The notes beneath the pieces were generated by a model, which saw only the letters and a list, made by a program, of their open reading frames with translations, did no database searches and was not told the DNA's origin. From Candidatus Eiseniibacteriota bacterium (lineage in GTDB: Bacteria > Eisenbacteria > RBG-16-71-46 > JABDJR01): DNA of 64,000 nt. Numbering within the stretch: the stretch's first letter is position 1; each line of letters begins with the position of its first letter. Positions 51,585 through 59,701 of this stretch are shown here, piece by piece. The stretch spans positions 992,001-1,056,000 of the forward strand of contig CAWANH010000028.1 in the NCBI GenBank assembly GCA_963783375.1. The letters are read 5' to 3'. Position numbers and translations under genes: made by a program.

Positions 51585-52799
51585 ATGCGGTTCGTTCGGG
51601 TTGCGGCCTTGGTGATCCTGGGTTCGGTGGGGATCTGCGCCGGTTCGGCGGGGGGGGCGGCGGCGACCGAAGCGCCGTCAGGAGCGGACTCCGCATCGCC
51701 CGCGTCGCCGACCTACGAGAAGCCGTTCCTCTCCCGGGGGAGCGCCTCGCTCGGCGGGTACATGGACTTCCAGTTCGGGGCCGACGACCGGGAAAGCGGC
51801 TTCGACCTGGCCCGCTTCGTCCCCTTCATCTACGCCCGGGTGAGCGACCGGGTCCACCTGGCCTCGGAGATCGAGTTCGAGCACGGGGGGTTCGTGACCG
51901 GCGAGGATGAGGCGACCGACGGCGAGATCAGGGTGGAGTTCGCCACCATCGATTTCGCGGTGTCCGAGGCGCTGAACTTCCGGGGGGGGCTGATCCTCTC
52001 GCCCCTGGGGCGTCTGAACGAGTTCCACGACGCCCCCATGCTCGACCTCACCGAGCGCCCACTGGTCGACCGGTTCATCATACCTACCACCCTGAGCGAA
52101 TCGGGCCTGGGACTCTACGGAACCGCATACCCCTCGGAGCAGGTGGTGGTGAACTACGAGGCTTACCTGGTGAACGGATTCGATCAGGACGTGCTGGTGC
52201 TGGGTGGGAGCACCACGCCGCTTCGCGCGGTTCTGGATCTCCACGAGGGCCGGGGGAGCGCGGCCGGGGACAACAACAACGACCGGGCGTTCGTGGGCCG
52301 GGTGGGCCTGAGCCCGCGGCTGGGGACCGAGATCGGACTGAGCGTCCACACCGGGAAGTTCGACGACGCGGGGACCGATCGGCTCACCCTCGCCGCGGTG
52401 GACGCGCACTTCGCCCAGGGGCCGTTCGAGCTGGTGGGGGAGGGAGCCCTGGCCCGGACCGGGAAGCTGGACCTTCAGGGCGCCGGGGACGCCGTCGCGA
52501 GCGAGCGGGCCAAGGCCGCCGGATTCTACGCCGAGGGGCGGCTTCACGTCCTGGCCGGGGCCATCCGCTCGCTCCCCCAGAGCGTCTTCACCGCGGTGGC
52601 GCGCGCGGACTACGTGGATCGGGACGCCAACGTCGCCGGGGCGGACCAGGAACGGCTGACCCTCGGGGTCAACTTCCGGCCCACCGAGGAGACCGCGATC
52701 AAGAACGATATCCTCTTCGATCGCGCGCGAACGGCCGGGGACACGAAGTGGGGCGACACCGGGACGAGCTACCGGTTCAGTGTCGCGACGTACTTCTGA
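51585..52799 (+). CDS. Outer-membrane beta-barrel porin
   Basis: GGAGGA RBS, signal peptide, SEIEFEHG, GRLNEFH, IIPTT, DNNND, C-terminal VATYF. Confidence 0.82.
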   Translation: MRFVRVAALVILGSVGICAGSAGGAAATEAPSGADSASPASPTYEKPFLSRGSASLGGYMDFQFGADDRESGFDLARFVPFIYARVSDRVHLASEIEFEHGGFVTGEDEATDGEIRVEFATIDFAVSEALNFRGGLILSPLGRLNEFHDAPMLDLTERPLVDRFIIPTTLSESGLGLYGTAYPSEQVVVNYEAYLVNGFDQDVLVLGGSTTPLRAVLDLHEGRGSAAGDNNNDRAFVGRVGLSPRLGTEIGLSVHTGKFDDAGTDRLTLAAVDAHFAQGPFELVGEGALARTGKLDLQGAGDAVASERAKAAGFYAEGRLHVLAGAIRSLPQSVFTAVARADYVDRDANVAGADQERLTLGVNFRPTEETAIKNDILFDRARTAGDTKWGDTGTSYRFSVATYF

Positions 52800-52801
52800 T
52801 C

Positions 52802-53503
52802 ATGCCGACCGTCACGCACGATTGCACACCGACCACCGTGTCCAACCGGAGGAACTCAATTCCCGATTCGCGCCGGCCCGGCGTGCGATCCTCGCGGCGG
52901 CGCCCCCAAGCCCGCCGGTTTGCGCGGCCGGCGGCTCTCGTCCTTGCCGTTCTCTCGATCGCCTTGTCCGTGCCGCGAGCCGGGGCGGAACCCTCCGACC
53001 GGGAGATCGGCGAGGAACAGGTCTACACCACCCCCGGGCGGGCGCTCCGGGAGATCTTCGAACATGTGACCCGGGTGGACACGGTCACGGCGCGGCTGAG
53101 CGCGGAGGAACTCGGCCGCCTCCGCGACCGGTTGGGGTTCGCGGTGGCCTCGGACACGGTGACCGTCTACGAGCCCCGCGACTCCACCGGAGCTCTCATC
53201 GGCTACGCCGTGATCGGCGACGAGGTCGGCAAGTACCGCCCCATCACCTTCATGGTGGGGACCCGGCCCGACCTCGCCGTGCGCGGGGTCGAGGTCCTGG
53301 TGTACCGGGAAAGCCGCGGGGGGGAGATCCGCCACGCGCGATTCCTTCGCCAGTACCGCGGGAAGGATCCGGCCGACCCCATCCGGACCAATCGCGACGT
53401 GCTGAACGTCGCCGGTGCGACCCTCTCGGTGAACGCCATGAACCGCGGGGTGAAGCGTGCCCTCGTCACCCTGGAACTGCTCCGGAAGCGGGGGGCCCTG
53501 TGA
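52802..53503 (+). CDS. Exported FMN-binding domain protein (flavinylation substrate); start uncertain
   Basis: GKYRPITFMVG, VLVYRESRGGEI, FLRQYRGK, VAGATLS (variant of the [S/T]GA[S/T] flavinylation motif). Confidence 0.85.
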   Translation: MPTVTHDCTPTTVSNRRNSIPDSRRPGVRSSRRRPQARRFARPAALVLAVLSIALSVPRAGAEPSDREIGEEQVYTTPGRALREIFEHVTRVDTVTARLSAEELGRLRDRLGFAVASDTVTVYEPRDSTGALIGYAVIGDEVGKYRPITFMVGTRPDLAVRGVEVLVYRESRGGEIRHARFLRQYRGKDPADPIRTNRDVLNVAGATLSVNAMNRGVKRALVTLELLRKRGAL

Positions 53504-54042
53504 CCCAGTACTACGCCTACAAGCGTTTCCGGCTGGATCGCGCCCCCAGGAACACCCGCATCCTCATCACCTGCTTCTACGTGATGGTGATCCTGGGGGT
53601 CGGGGTGGGGATCGTGAACTACAAGGTGCGGACCCGTCTCACCCCCCAGGGGACGACCGAATGGTATCGCGGGAACGAGGGCGCCCCCGAAGGTGAGGTG
53701 CGCGAGCTTCGTTTCGAGAAGTCCGTCCGGGAGATGCTGGACGTGACCCATCCCCACCTCTTCGAGGAGACGCTGTTCGTGTTCGTTCTCTGCCACCTGT
53801 TCGGCCTCACCAAGGTGCGCGAACGGCGGAAACGCGCGGTCTACCTCACCTCCTTCGGAGCGGTGATCCTCGAGGTCGGTATGCCCTGGCTGGTGCGCTT
53901 CGTGTCGCCGGGGTTCGCGCCGCTTCAGATCGGGGCCACCACCCTGCTCTCCGTCATGTTCACCGTGCTGATCGTGGTTCCGCTCCGCGAGATGTGGTGG
54001 GGGTACGACAAGGAGGAGACCTATGACTGGGCCCGGCACTGA
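53500..54042 (+). CDS. Four-TM membrane protein with membrane-proximal His residues
   Basis: GTG overlaps the upstream TGA; THPHLF and LCHLF; four hydrophobic segments. Confidence 0.8.
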   Translation: MTQYYAYKRFRLDRAPRNTRILITCFYVMVILGVGVGIVNYKVRTRLTPQGTTEWYRGNEGAPEGEVRELRFEKSVREMLDVTHPHLFEETLFVFVLCHLFGLTKVRERRKRAVYLTSFGAVILEVGMPWLVRFVSPGFAPLQIGATTLLSVMFTVLIVVPLREMWWGYDKEETYDWARH

Positions 54043-55183
54043 TCGAGCCGGCCGGGATCGGCCGGACGCCGCACCCCCGGAGTCCCGATCGCGAAACCCG
54101 GTCCGTCCCGATCCCGGGCATCCGGACCGGCGGCGCTTCTTGTTGCGCGCGGTCCAGGCGGGGATGCTGGCGGTTCTCATGCCGTCGATCCCCCGCTGGG
54201 CCGCCGCCGCAGTCCAAAGCCCCGACCCGGGGCCGGGGCCGGCGGGCCGCGGCCGGGAAACCGCCCGCGCCTGGCGGGCGATGGGAACCCTGATGGAGGT
54301 CAGGGTCCCCGATCTTCCCGGGGCCGACGCGGTCGAGGCGATCCGTCGCGTGCGCGCCCGCACCGAAGTGCTCGAGGCGGCGATGACGCTCTACCGCCCG
54401 GAGAGTCCGCTGGTCGCCCTGAACCGGAGCGCCCCCGCTCGCTGGTCCGAGACCCCGATCGAACTGGCGGAGGGGATCGCCGCCGCCCTTCGCGGCGCCC
54501 GCGAGTCCGGTTGCGCGTTCGACCCCACTGTGGCCCCGATGATGCGGTGCTGGGGGCTCGTGCATCTTCAGGGCCGCCAGGCGCCGGCCGCAGCGCTTCG
54601 CGCCTGGCGGCGCCATCCCGGCCCCGCCGCGGTGGAGGTGGACGCGGGCAACCGGCGCGTGCGCCGGTTGGACCCCCGGGTCGAGCTCGATCTCGGCGGG
54701 GTGGGAAAGGGGATCGCGGTGGATGAGGCGCTGCGCGTCCTCCGTGAGGCGGGAAGCCGGTCGGCGCTGGTGAACCTCGGCGGGAGCATCGGGGTGCTGG
54801 GGGCGCCCTCCGGTCGTCCCGCGGGTTGGCCGGTGGGGATAGCCCACCCCCGCCGGCCGGGTGAGGTGTGGACGATGCTCGACCTGAACCGCGGGCACCT
54901 GGCCACCTCGGGCGACTACGAACGCTGGGTGGAGACCCCTTCGGGGCGGAAGCACCATCTCCTCGATCCGGCGAGCGGGGAGCCGACCTCGGGAGTCGCA
55001 TCCCTGACCGCATGGGCGCCGGCCGGCGTGGACGCGGACCTGGCTTCGACCGCGCTCTTCGTGGCGCTCGCCCGGGGGGCGCGGCCGGGGTTTCCGGCCG
55101 GCGGATGGCTCGCGCTCCGGGATGCCGGGGACGGGCTGGCCGAATCGCGAGGGGGCGCCTTTCCCGACCCCGGGAACTCGTGA
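54023..55183 (+). CDS. apbE: FAD:protein FMN transferase with Tat-like leader
   Basis: DRRRFLL; AMGT, FDPTV, DLGGVGKG, NLGG, ATSGDYER, HHLLDP, ADLASTA. Confidence 0.92.
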   Translation: MTGPGTDRAGRDRPDAAPPESRSRNPVRPDPGHPDRRRFLLRAVQAGMLAVLMPSIPRWAAAAVQSPDPGPGPAGRGRETARAWRAMGTLMEVRVPDLPGADAVEAIRRVRARTEVLEAAMTLYRPESPLVALNRSAPARWSETPIELAEGIAAALRGARESGCAFDPTVAPMMRCWGLVHLQGRQAPAAALRAWRRHPGPAAVEVDAGNRRVRRLDPRVELDLGGVGKGIAVDEALRVLREAGSRSALVNLGGSIGVLGAPSGRPAGWPVGIAHPRRPGEVWTMLDLNRGHLATSGDYERWVETPSGRKHHLLDPASGEPTSGVASLTAWAPAGVDADLASTALFVALARGARPGFPAGGWLALRDAGDGLAESRGGAFPDPGNS

Positions 55184-55262
55184 CCCCGGCCTGCCCCACC
55201 GGGCGGAGAGGGTCCGCCGACCGCGTCCGGACCCTCCGGCGGCGCTGGCCGGCGGCGCAAGG

Positions 55263-55303
55263 AAGAAAGCCGCGCCGGCGGGAGGAGTAGGTGCCGGCGC
55301 GGC
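55263..55303 (-). terminator. Intrinsic terminator with CU-rich loop
   Basis: Minus strand GCCGCGCCGGC-ACCTACTCCTCCC-GCCGGCGCGGC-TTTCTT. Confidence 0.7.
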
Positions 55304-55515
55304 AGGGAGCCACCCGCCCGACCCGCCGAACGGCGGGCCGCCGGGCGCTCGTCCGGGAACCGGGCCCCCCGCGGGGAAACCGGTGGCGGGTGCCGGCCCG
55401 CCCCGGGCGTTGAGGGCGCCCCGGGTCGAAGCCGGTGTCCGCCGTCGCGCCGCCGCCGCGATCTCGAGAGGTTGGAACGACGCTCGAGCGAGCGCGGTGG
55501 CGCGACCCGTACACC
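55263..55515 (-). ncRNA. Candidate sigma54-dependent small RNA
   Basis: ORF-free interval between a sigma54 site (55526-55541) and a terminator (55263-55303), with internal hairpins. Confidence 0.5.
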
Positions 55516-55525
55516 CCCGACCCAA

Positions 55526-55611
55526 TGCACGCCGCGTGCCATGGGCCGATTCGGCGATTTTCAACGGGTTACGGGGGGACGGGTGGACCCGGGTGTGCTT
55601 CCCCCGTCACA
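55526..55611 (-). promoter_or_regulatory. sigma54 promoter + IHF-like site + candidate activator site
   Basis: Minus strand TGGCACGCGGCGTGCA (55526-55541); TTTCAACGGGTTA (55559-55571); TGTG-N10-CACA (55594-55611). Confidence 0.65.
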
Positions 55612-55678
55612 GGTGTGTCGGCGGTCCCGCCGGTTCGAGCGCCGGTCCGCGCTCGAATCCCCGCGCGCCCTGGTCCGG

Positions 55679-56728
55679 CTACCGCGAGGGCTTGGGCTCC
55701 ACCCGCTGGGGCATGGGCCCGAACTCGTCCATGGCCGGCCCCGGCTCGGGGTAGCCCTCGGGATTGCGGCGAATGAAGTCGTAGGCCGAGGTGATGATCT
55801 CGTCGAGGTCGCGTCTGGGGCTCCAGCCCAGCACCTGCTTGGCCTTGGCGTTGGACGCCACCAGGACCGCGGGGTCGCCCGCCCGCCGTCCGGACCGCTT
55901 GTGGGGCACGGGCAACCCGGTCACCCGCTCCACCGCCTCGAGGATCTCGATCACCGAGGTTCCGGTTTCGGTGCCGAGGTTCAGGGCCACGCTCTCCCCG
56001 TCCCCCTCCAGGTACTGAAGCCCCCGAAGGTGGGCGTCGGCCAGATCCTGCACGTGGATGTAGTCGCGGATGCAGGAGCCGTCCCGGGTGGGATAGTCGG
56101 TGCCGAAGACCTCCATCTCCCGGTCCTCCAGGATCGCCGCCCGCACCGCCAGCGGGATGAGGTGGGTCTCGGGGCGGTGGTCCTCTCCCAATCCGGCCGC
56201 GGTCTCCGCGCCCGCCGCGTTGAAGTAGCGGAAGATCACGTAGCGCAGCCCGTAGGCGGCGGCGGCGTCGGCCAGCATCTGCTCGCCCACGAACTTGGAC
56301 CAGCCGTAGGGGTTGATGGGCTGGAGGGGGTGGGTCTCGGTGATCGGGATCTCGCGAGGCTCCCCGTACATGGCCGCGGTGGAGGAGAAGATGAAACGGG
56401 GAACGCCGACTTCGAGCGCCGCTTCCAGGAGCGCGGCGGTGCCGGTCACGTTGTTGTGGTAGTACTTGATCGGGTTCTCGACCGACTCCTTCACCGAGCA
56501 GAACGCGGCGAAGTGGAGGATGGCCGACGGCCGGTGGCGGCGGAGGATCGCGCGCACCACGCCCTTGTCGGTGATGTCCTCCTCGATGAGTTCGGCGTCG
56601 CGCACCGCGGCCCGGTGCCCCTCGCTCAGGTTGTCGAGGATCACGGTTCTGTAGCCCGCCCGGCGAAGCCCCTGTACCATGTGGCTACCGATGTAGCCGG
56701 CCCCGCCGGTGACGAGGACGGAGTTCAT
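55679..56728 (-). CDS. galE: UDP-glucose 4-epimerase
   Basis: TGGAGYIGSH, FSSTAA, PYGWSK, RYFNAAG, IRDYIHV, RRAGD. Confidence 0.95.
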   Translation of the reverse strand: MNSVLVTGGAGYIGSHMVQGLRRAGYRTVILDNLSEGHRAAVRDAELIEEDITDKGVVRAILRRHRPSAILHFAAFCSVKESVENPIKYYHNNVTGTAALLEAALEVGVPRFIFSSTAAMYGEPREIPITETHPLQPINPYGWSKFVGEQMLADAAAAYGLRYVIFRYFNAAGAETAAGLGEDHRPETHLIPLAVRAAILEDREMEVFGTDYPTRDGSCIRDYIHVQDLADAHLRGLQYLEGDGESVALNLGTETGTSVIEILEAVERVTGLPVPHKRSGRRAGDPAVLVASNAKAKQVLGWSPRRDLDEIITSAYDFIRRNPEGYPEPGPAMDEFGPMPQRVEPKPSR

Positions 56729-56840
56729 ACGTTCATCCCTTTGTGTGATGTCGAGTCGCCCGGGGGGGGCCGCGGCCCGGGGCACGGGCTAATCTTACTA
56801 GGTTTTCGGCGGTTTTTGTGGATGTCTTGAGGGGAGAGCT

Positions 56841-57284
56841 GTGGCCGGTCCATTCTACAAACAGGCATCGGGGCTTCGTTTCGAGTGCACCCGGTGCGGG
56901 AAGTGCTGCTCGAAGCCGGGCCCGGTCTACTTCTCCGGCGGCGACCTGGAGCGGGCGGCGCGCTTCCTGGATCTCTCCCCGGCCCGGTTCCGGCGCCGCT
57001 ACCATGTCGTCACCATCGACGGGGTTCCGGCCATCGACCCCGGCGACCGTGCCCCCTGCACCTTTCTCGACCCCGAGACCGGCTGCACGATCTACGAGGG
57101 CCGCCCCACCCAGTGCCGCACCTTCCCCTTCTGGCCGGAGGTCGTCCGGCGGCGCCGGTCCTGGGAGAAGGCGGCGGTGGACTGCGAAGGAATCGGCCGC
57201 GGGCCCCGCCACTCTCCGGAGGAGATCGAGCAGGCGCTCGTCGAGTGCGAGGTGATGCGGGTGCCCGAAGGGGAACCGTGGTAG
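56841..57284 (+). CDS. YkgJ-family cysteine-cluster protein
   Basis: CTRCGKCC, CTFL, CTIYEGRPTQCRTFPFW, CEGI. Confidence 0.9.
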   Translation: MAGPFYKQASGLRFECTRCGKCCSKPGPVYFSGGDLERAARFLDLSPARFRRRYHVVTIDGVPAIDPGDRAPCTFLDPETGCTIYEGRPTQCRTFPFWPEVVRRRRSWEKAAVDCEGIGRGPRHSPEEIEQALVECEVMRVPEGEPW

Positions 57285-59365
57285 GGGGGGCGCGCGCCGA
57301 GGCCTCGGAGGGCGGACACCGGAGCGCGGAGAAGCGCCCGCCCCGGAAGGCCGCGCCGGCCCCCCCGCTCCCCCTGGCCGAGGTGGCGGTGCCGGTGCCG
57401 CTCCGTCGCGTGTTCACCTACCGCGTCCCCGAGGAATTTCGCGCGGAGCTCCGCGAGGGTTCCCTGGTCAAGGTCCCCTTCGGCCGGCGGACGGTGGCGG
57501 GGTTCGTGGTGGGGTTTCGGGCGACGACCGACCTCAAGGTCGTGAAGGACATCGCCTCGGTCGAGGACGCCGAGCTGTCGTTGCCGGAAGACGTGCTCTC
57601 CCTCTGCCGGTGGGTGGCCGACTACTACCTGGCCCCGGTGGGGGAGGTGCTTCGCGCCGCGCTTCCCGCCGGGCTGGGAAAGAAGAGCCCAGGCGAGGTG
57701 CCGCACGCCGCGGGGAGCCTTCCCACCATTCGTCTGGCCGAGGAGCAAGCGGCCGCGCTGACCGCGATCAACGACGCCCAGCGCGGCGGGAAGTACGCGG
57801 CGTTCCTCCTCCACGGCGTGACGGGGAGCGGAAAGACCGAGGTGTATCTCCGGGCCGCGGCCGACGCGGTGGCGGCGGGGGGGAAGGCGTTGATCCTGAT
57901 CCCCGAGATCGCCCTCTCCCCCCAGATGGTGCGCCGGGTGGAGGCGCGGTTCGGAAACCGGGTCGCCCTCTGGCACAGCGCGCTCACCCCCGCCCGCCGC
58001 CGGGCGGTGTGGGCGCGCACCCGGCGGGGGGAGATCGACGTCCTGGTCGGCGCGCGATCGGCGATCTTCGCCCCGATCCCCGATCTCCGGCTGATCGTGG
58101 TGGACGAGGAGCACGAGGGGGCCTACAAGCAGGCGGAGTCCCCGCGCTACCATGCCCGGGACGTGGCCCTGGTGCGCGCGCGCGAGGCCAAGGCGGTGGT
58201 GGTGCTGGGCTCGGCCACGCCGAGCCTCGAGACCTACGCCAACGTGAAGCGGGGAAAGCTCCGCATGCTGTCGCTTCCGCACCGGGTGGAGCGGCGGCCT
58301 CGGGCCAAGGTGGACCTGGTTCCGCTCCCCGCGCTCCGCCCCGCCCCCGGGGAGCGCCCGCTCTCACCGATATTCGGGGATCCGCTCCATCGCGCGATCA
58401 CCGAGACCTTGCAGCGCGGAGAGCAGACGATCCTCTTCCTGAACCGCCGCGGGCACTCCACCGTGGTCCAGTGCGAATCGTGCCGCGAGGTTCTCACCTG
58501 CGACCAGTGCGACATCGTTCTGACCTGGCACGCCGACACCGACCGCATGGTCTGCCATTACTGCGGGAGGAAGCGTCCTCCGCCGGGGACCTGTCCGGCC
58601 TGCGGCGGCCCGGTCACGATCTACAAGGGGGTGGGGACCCAGCGGGTGGAGCGGGAGCTGCACCGGCTTTACGGGGGGATCCGGCTCCTCCGCCTGGACA
58701 CCGATTCCACCCGGAAGCGCGGCGCGCTGGAGGAGGCCCTGGAGACGTTCCGGAGCGGGGAGGCCGACATGCTCCTCGGCACCCAGATGGTGGCCAAGGG
58801 GCTCGACTTCCCCAACGTCACCCTGGTCGGGGTGGTGAACGCCGATCTGCAACTGGCCCTCCCCGACTTCCGGAGCGCCGAACGCACCTTCCAGCTCCTC
58901 ACCCAGGTGGCCGGGCGTTCGGGCCGGGGGGAGCGCCCCGGACGGGTGCTCTTCCAGACCAACAAGCCCGATCACTACGCGCTCCGCGCCGCGGCGGACC
59001 AGGACTACGAGACGTTCTACCGCGCCGAGACCGCGGAGCGGCGCGACCCCCCCTATCCGCCCTTCCGGAAGCTGGTGAACCTGCTCTTCGACGGCAAGGA
59101 CCTAGACCGGGTCACCGCCGAAGCCGACGCGGCGGCCGAACTACTCACCGCTCGGATCGCCGCCGAAGATCTTCGGGTCGAGCTCATGGGTCCCGCGCCC
59201 CAACCCTTCTCCCGGCTCAAGGGAAAGCACCGCTGGCACCTCACCCTCCGCGGAAGCGATCATCACGCGCTCCGGAGACTCGCCGACCTCGCGCTCACCC
59301 GTCACGAGGCGGCGCCGGGCCCGGTCCGCATCACCGTGGACGTGGATCCGGTATCGCTCCTGTAG
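57278..59365 (+). CDS. priA: Primosomal protein N' (replication restart helicase); start approximate
   Basis: GVTGSGKTEVY, PEIAL, GARSA, DEEH, LGSATPS, NRRG, four CxxC, GTQMVAKGLD, PDFR, QVAGRSGR, DVDP. Confidence 0.95.
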   Translation: MVGGARAEASEGGHRSAEKRPPRKAAPAPPLPLAEVAVPVPLRRVFTYRVPEEFRAELREGSLVKVPFGRRTVAGFVVGFRATTDLKVVKDIASVEDAELSLPEDVLSLCRWVADYYLAPVGEVLRAALPAGLGKKSPGEVPHAAGSLPTIRLAEEQAAALTAINDAQRGGKYAAFLLHGVTGSGKTEVYLRAAADAVAAGGKALILIPEIALSPQMVRRVEARFGNRVALWHSALTPARRRAVWARTRRGEIDVLVGARSAIFAPIPDLRLIVVDEEHEGAYKQAESPRYHARDVALVRAREAKAVVVLGSATPSLETYANVKRGKLRMLSLPHRVERRPRAKVDLVPLPALRPAPGERPLSPIFGDPLHRAITETLQRGEQTILFLNRRGHSTVVQCESCREVLTCDQCDIVLTWHADTDRMVCHYCGRKRPPPGTCPACGGPVTIYKGVGTQRVERELHRLYGGIRLLRLDTDSTRKRGALEEALETFRSGEADMLLGTQMVAKGLDFPNVTLVGVVNADLQLALPDFRSAERTFQLLTQVAGRSGRGERPGRVLFQTNKPDHYALRAAADQDYETFYRAETAERRDPPYPPFRKLVNLLFDGKDLDRVTAEADAAAELLTARIAAEDLRVELMGPAPQPFSRLKGKHRWHLTLRGSDHHALRRLADLALTRHEAAPGPVRITVDVDPVSLL

Positions 59366-59391
59366 ACGCCGTCCGGGGGTCCCGCTCCCGC

Positions 59392-59407
59392 GGGTACGGG
59401 ACTTGCA
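59392..59407 (+). promoter_or_regulatory. sigma54 promoter-like site
   Basis: GGGTACGGGACTTGCA with GG-N10-GC spacing, ACG and TTGCA conserved. Confidence 0.5.
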
Positions 59408-59417
59408 ACTGCGCACT

Positions 59418-59548
59418 GGGTGACTCGGCCTCCACGCAGTTCGGCCGGCCCGGTGGGTTCTCCGCGGTGCTCGCGGGAAGTCTGAAGGGTTCTAGCGACA
59501 CCGCTCAGGTCAACCACGAACCGCCGGGCCGGCTCTTTGTGAGGGCCG
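59418..59548 (+). ncRNA. Candidate rod-shaped structured RNA
   Basis: Nested stems 59426-59435/59539-59548, 59443-59460/59518-59534, 59464-59474/59495-59504; no credible ORF. Confidence 0.45.
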
Positions 59549-59701
59549 CTTCGGGGGAGCCGATCCCCGGAACCGAAAGCCGGTCCGTCCGCCGCTGGGT
59601 GATTTCCGGCGCCCGCGCGCTTGCGAAATCGCCGAGGCCCCGGTGCAGGTTGCAAGGCTCTCCGCCTTGACACCCCGCCACCCGGGCAGAAGAATCCGGA
59701 C

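Noticed and set aside
59490-59520. TCAGGTC as the SRP RNA helix-8 motif
   Set aside because: Not followed by a GNRA tetraloop and AGCAG; retained only as an unknown structured RNA.
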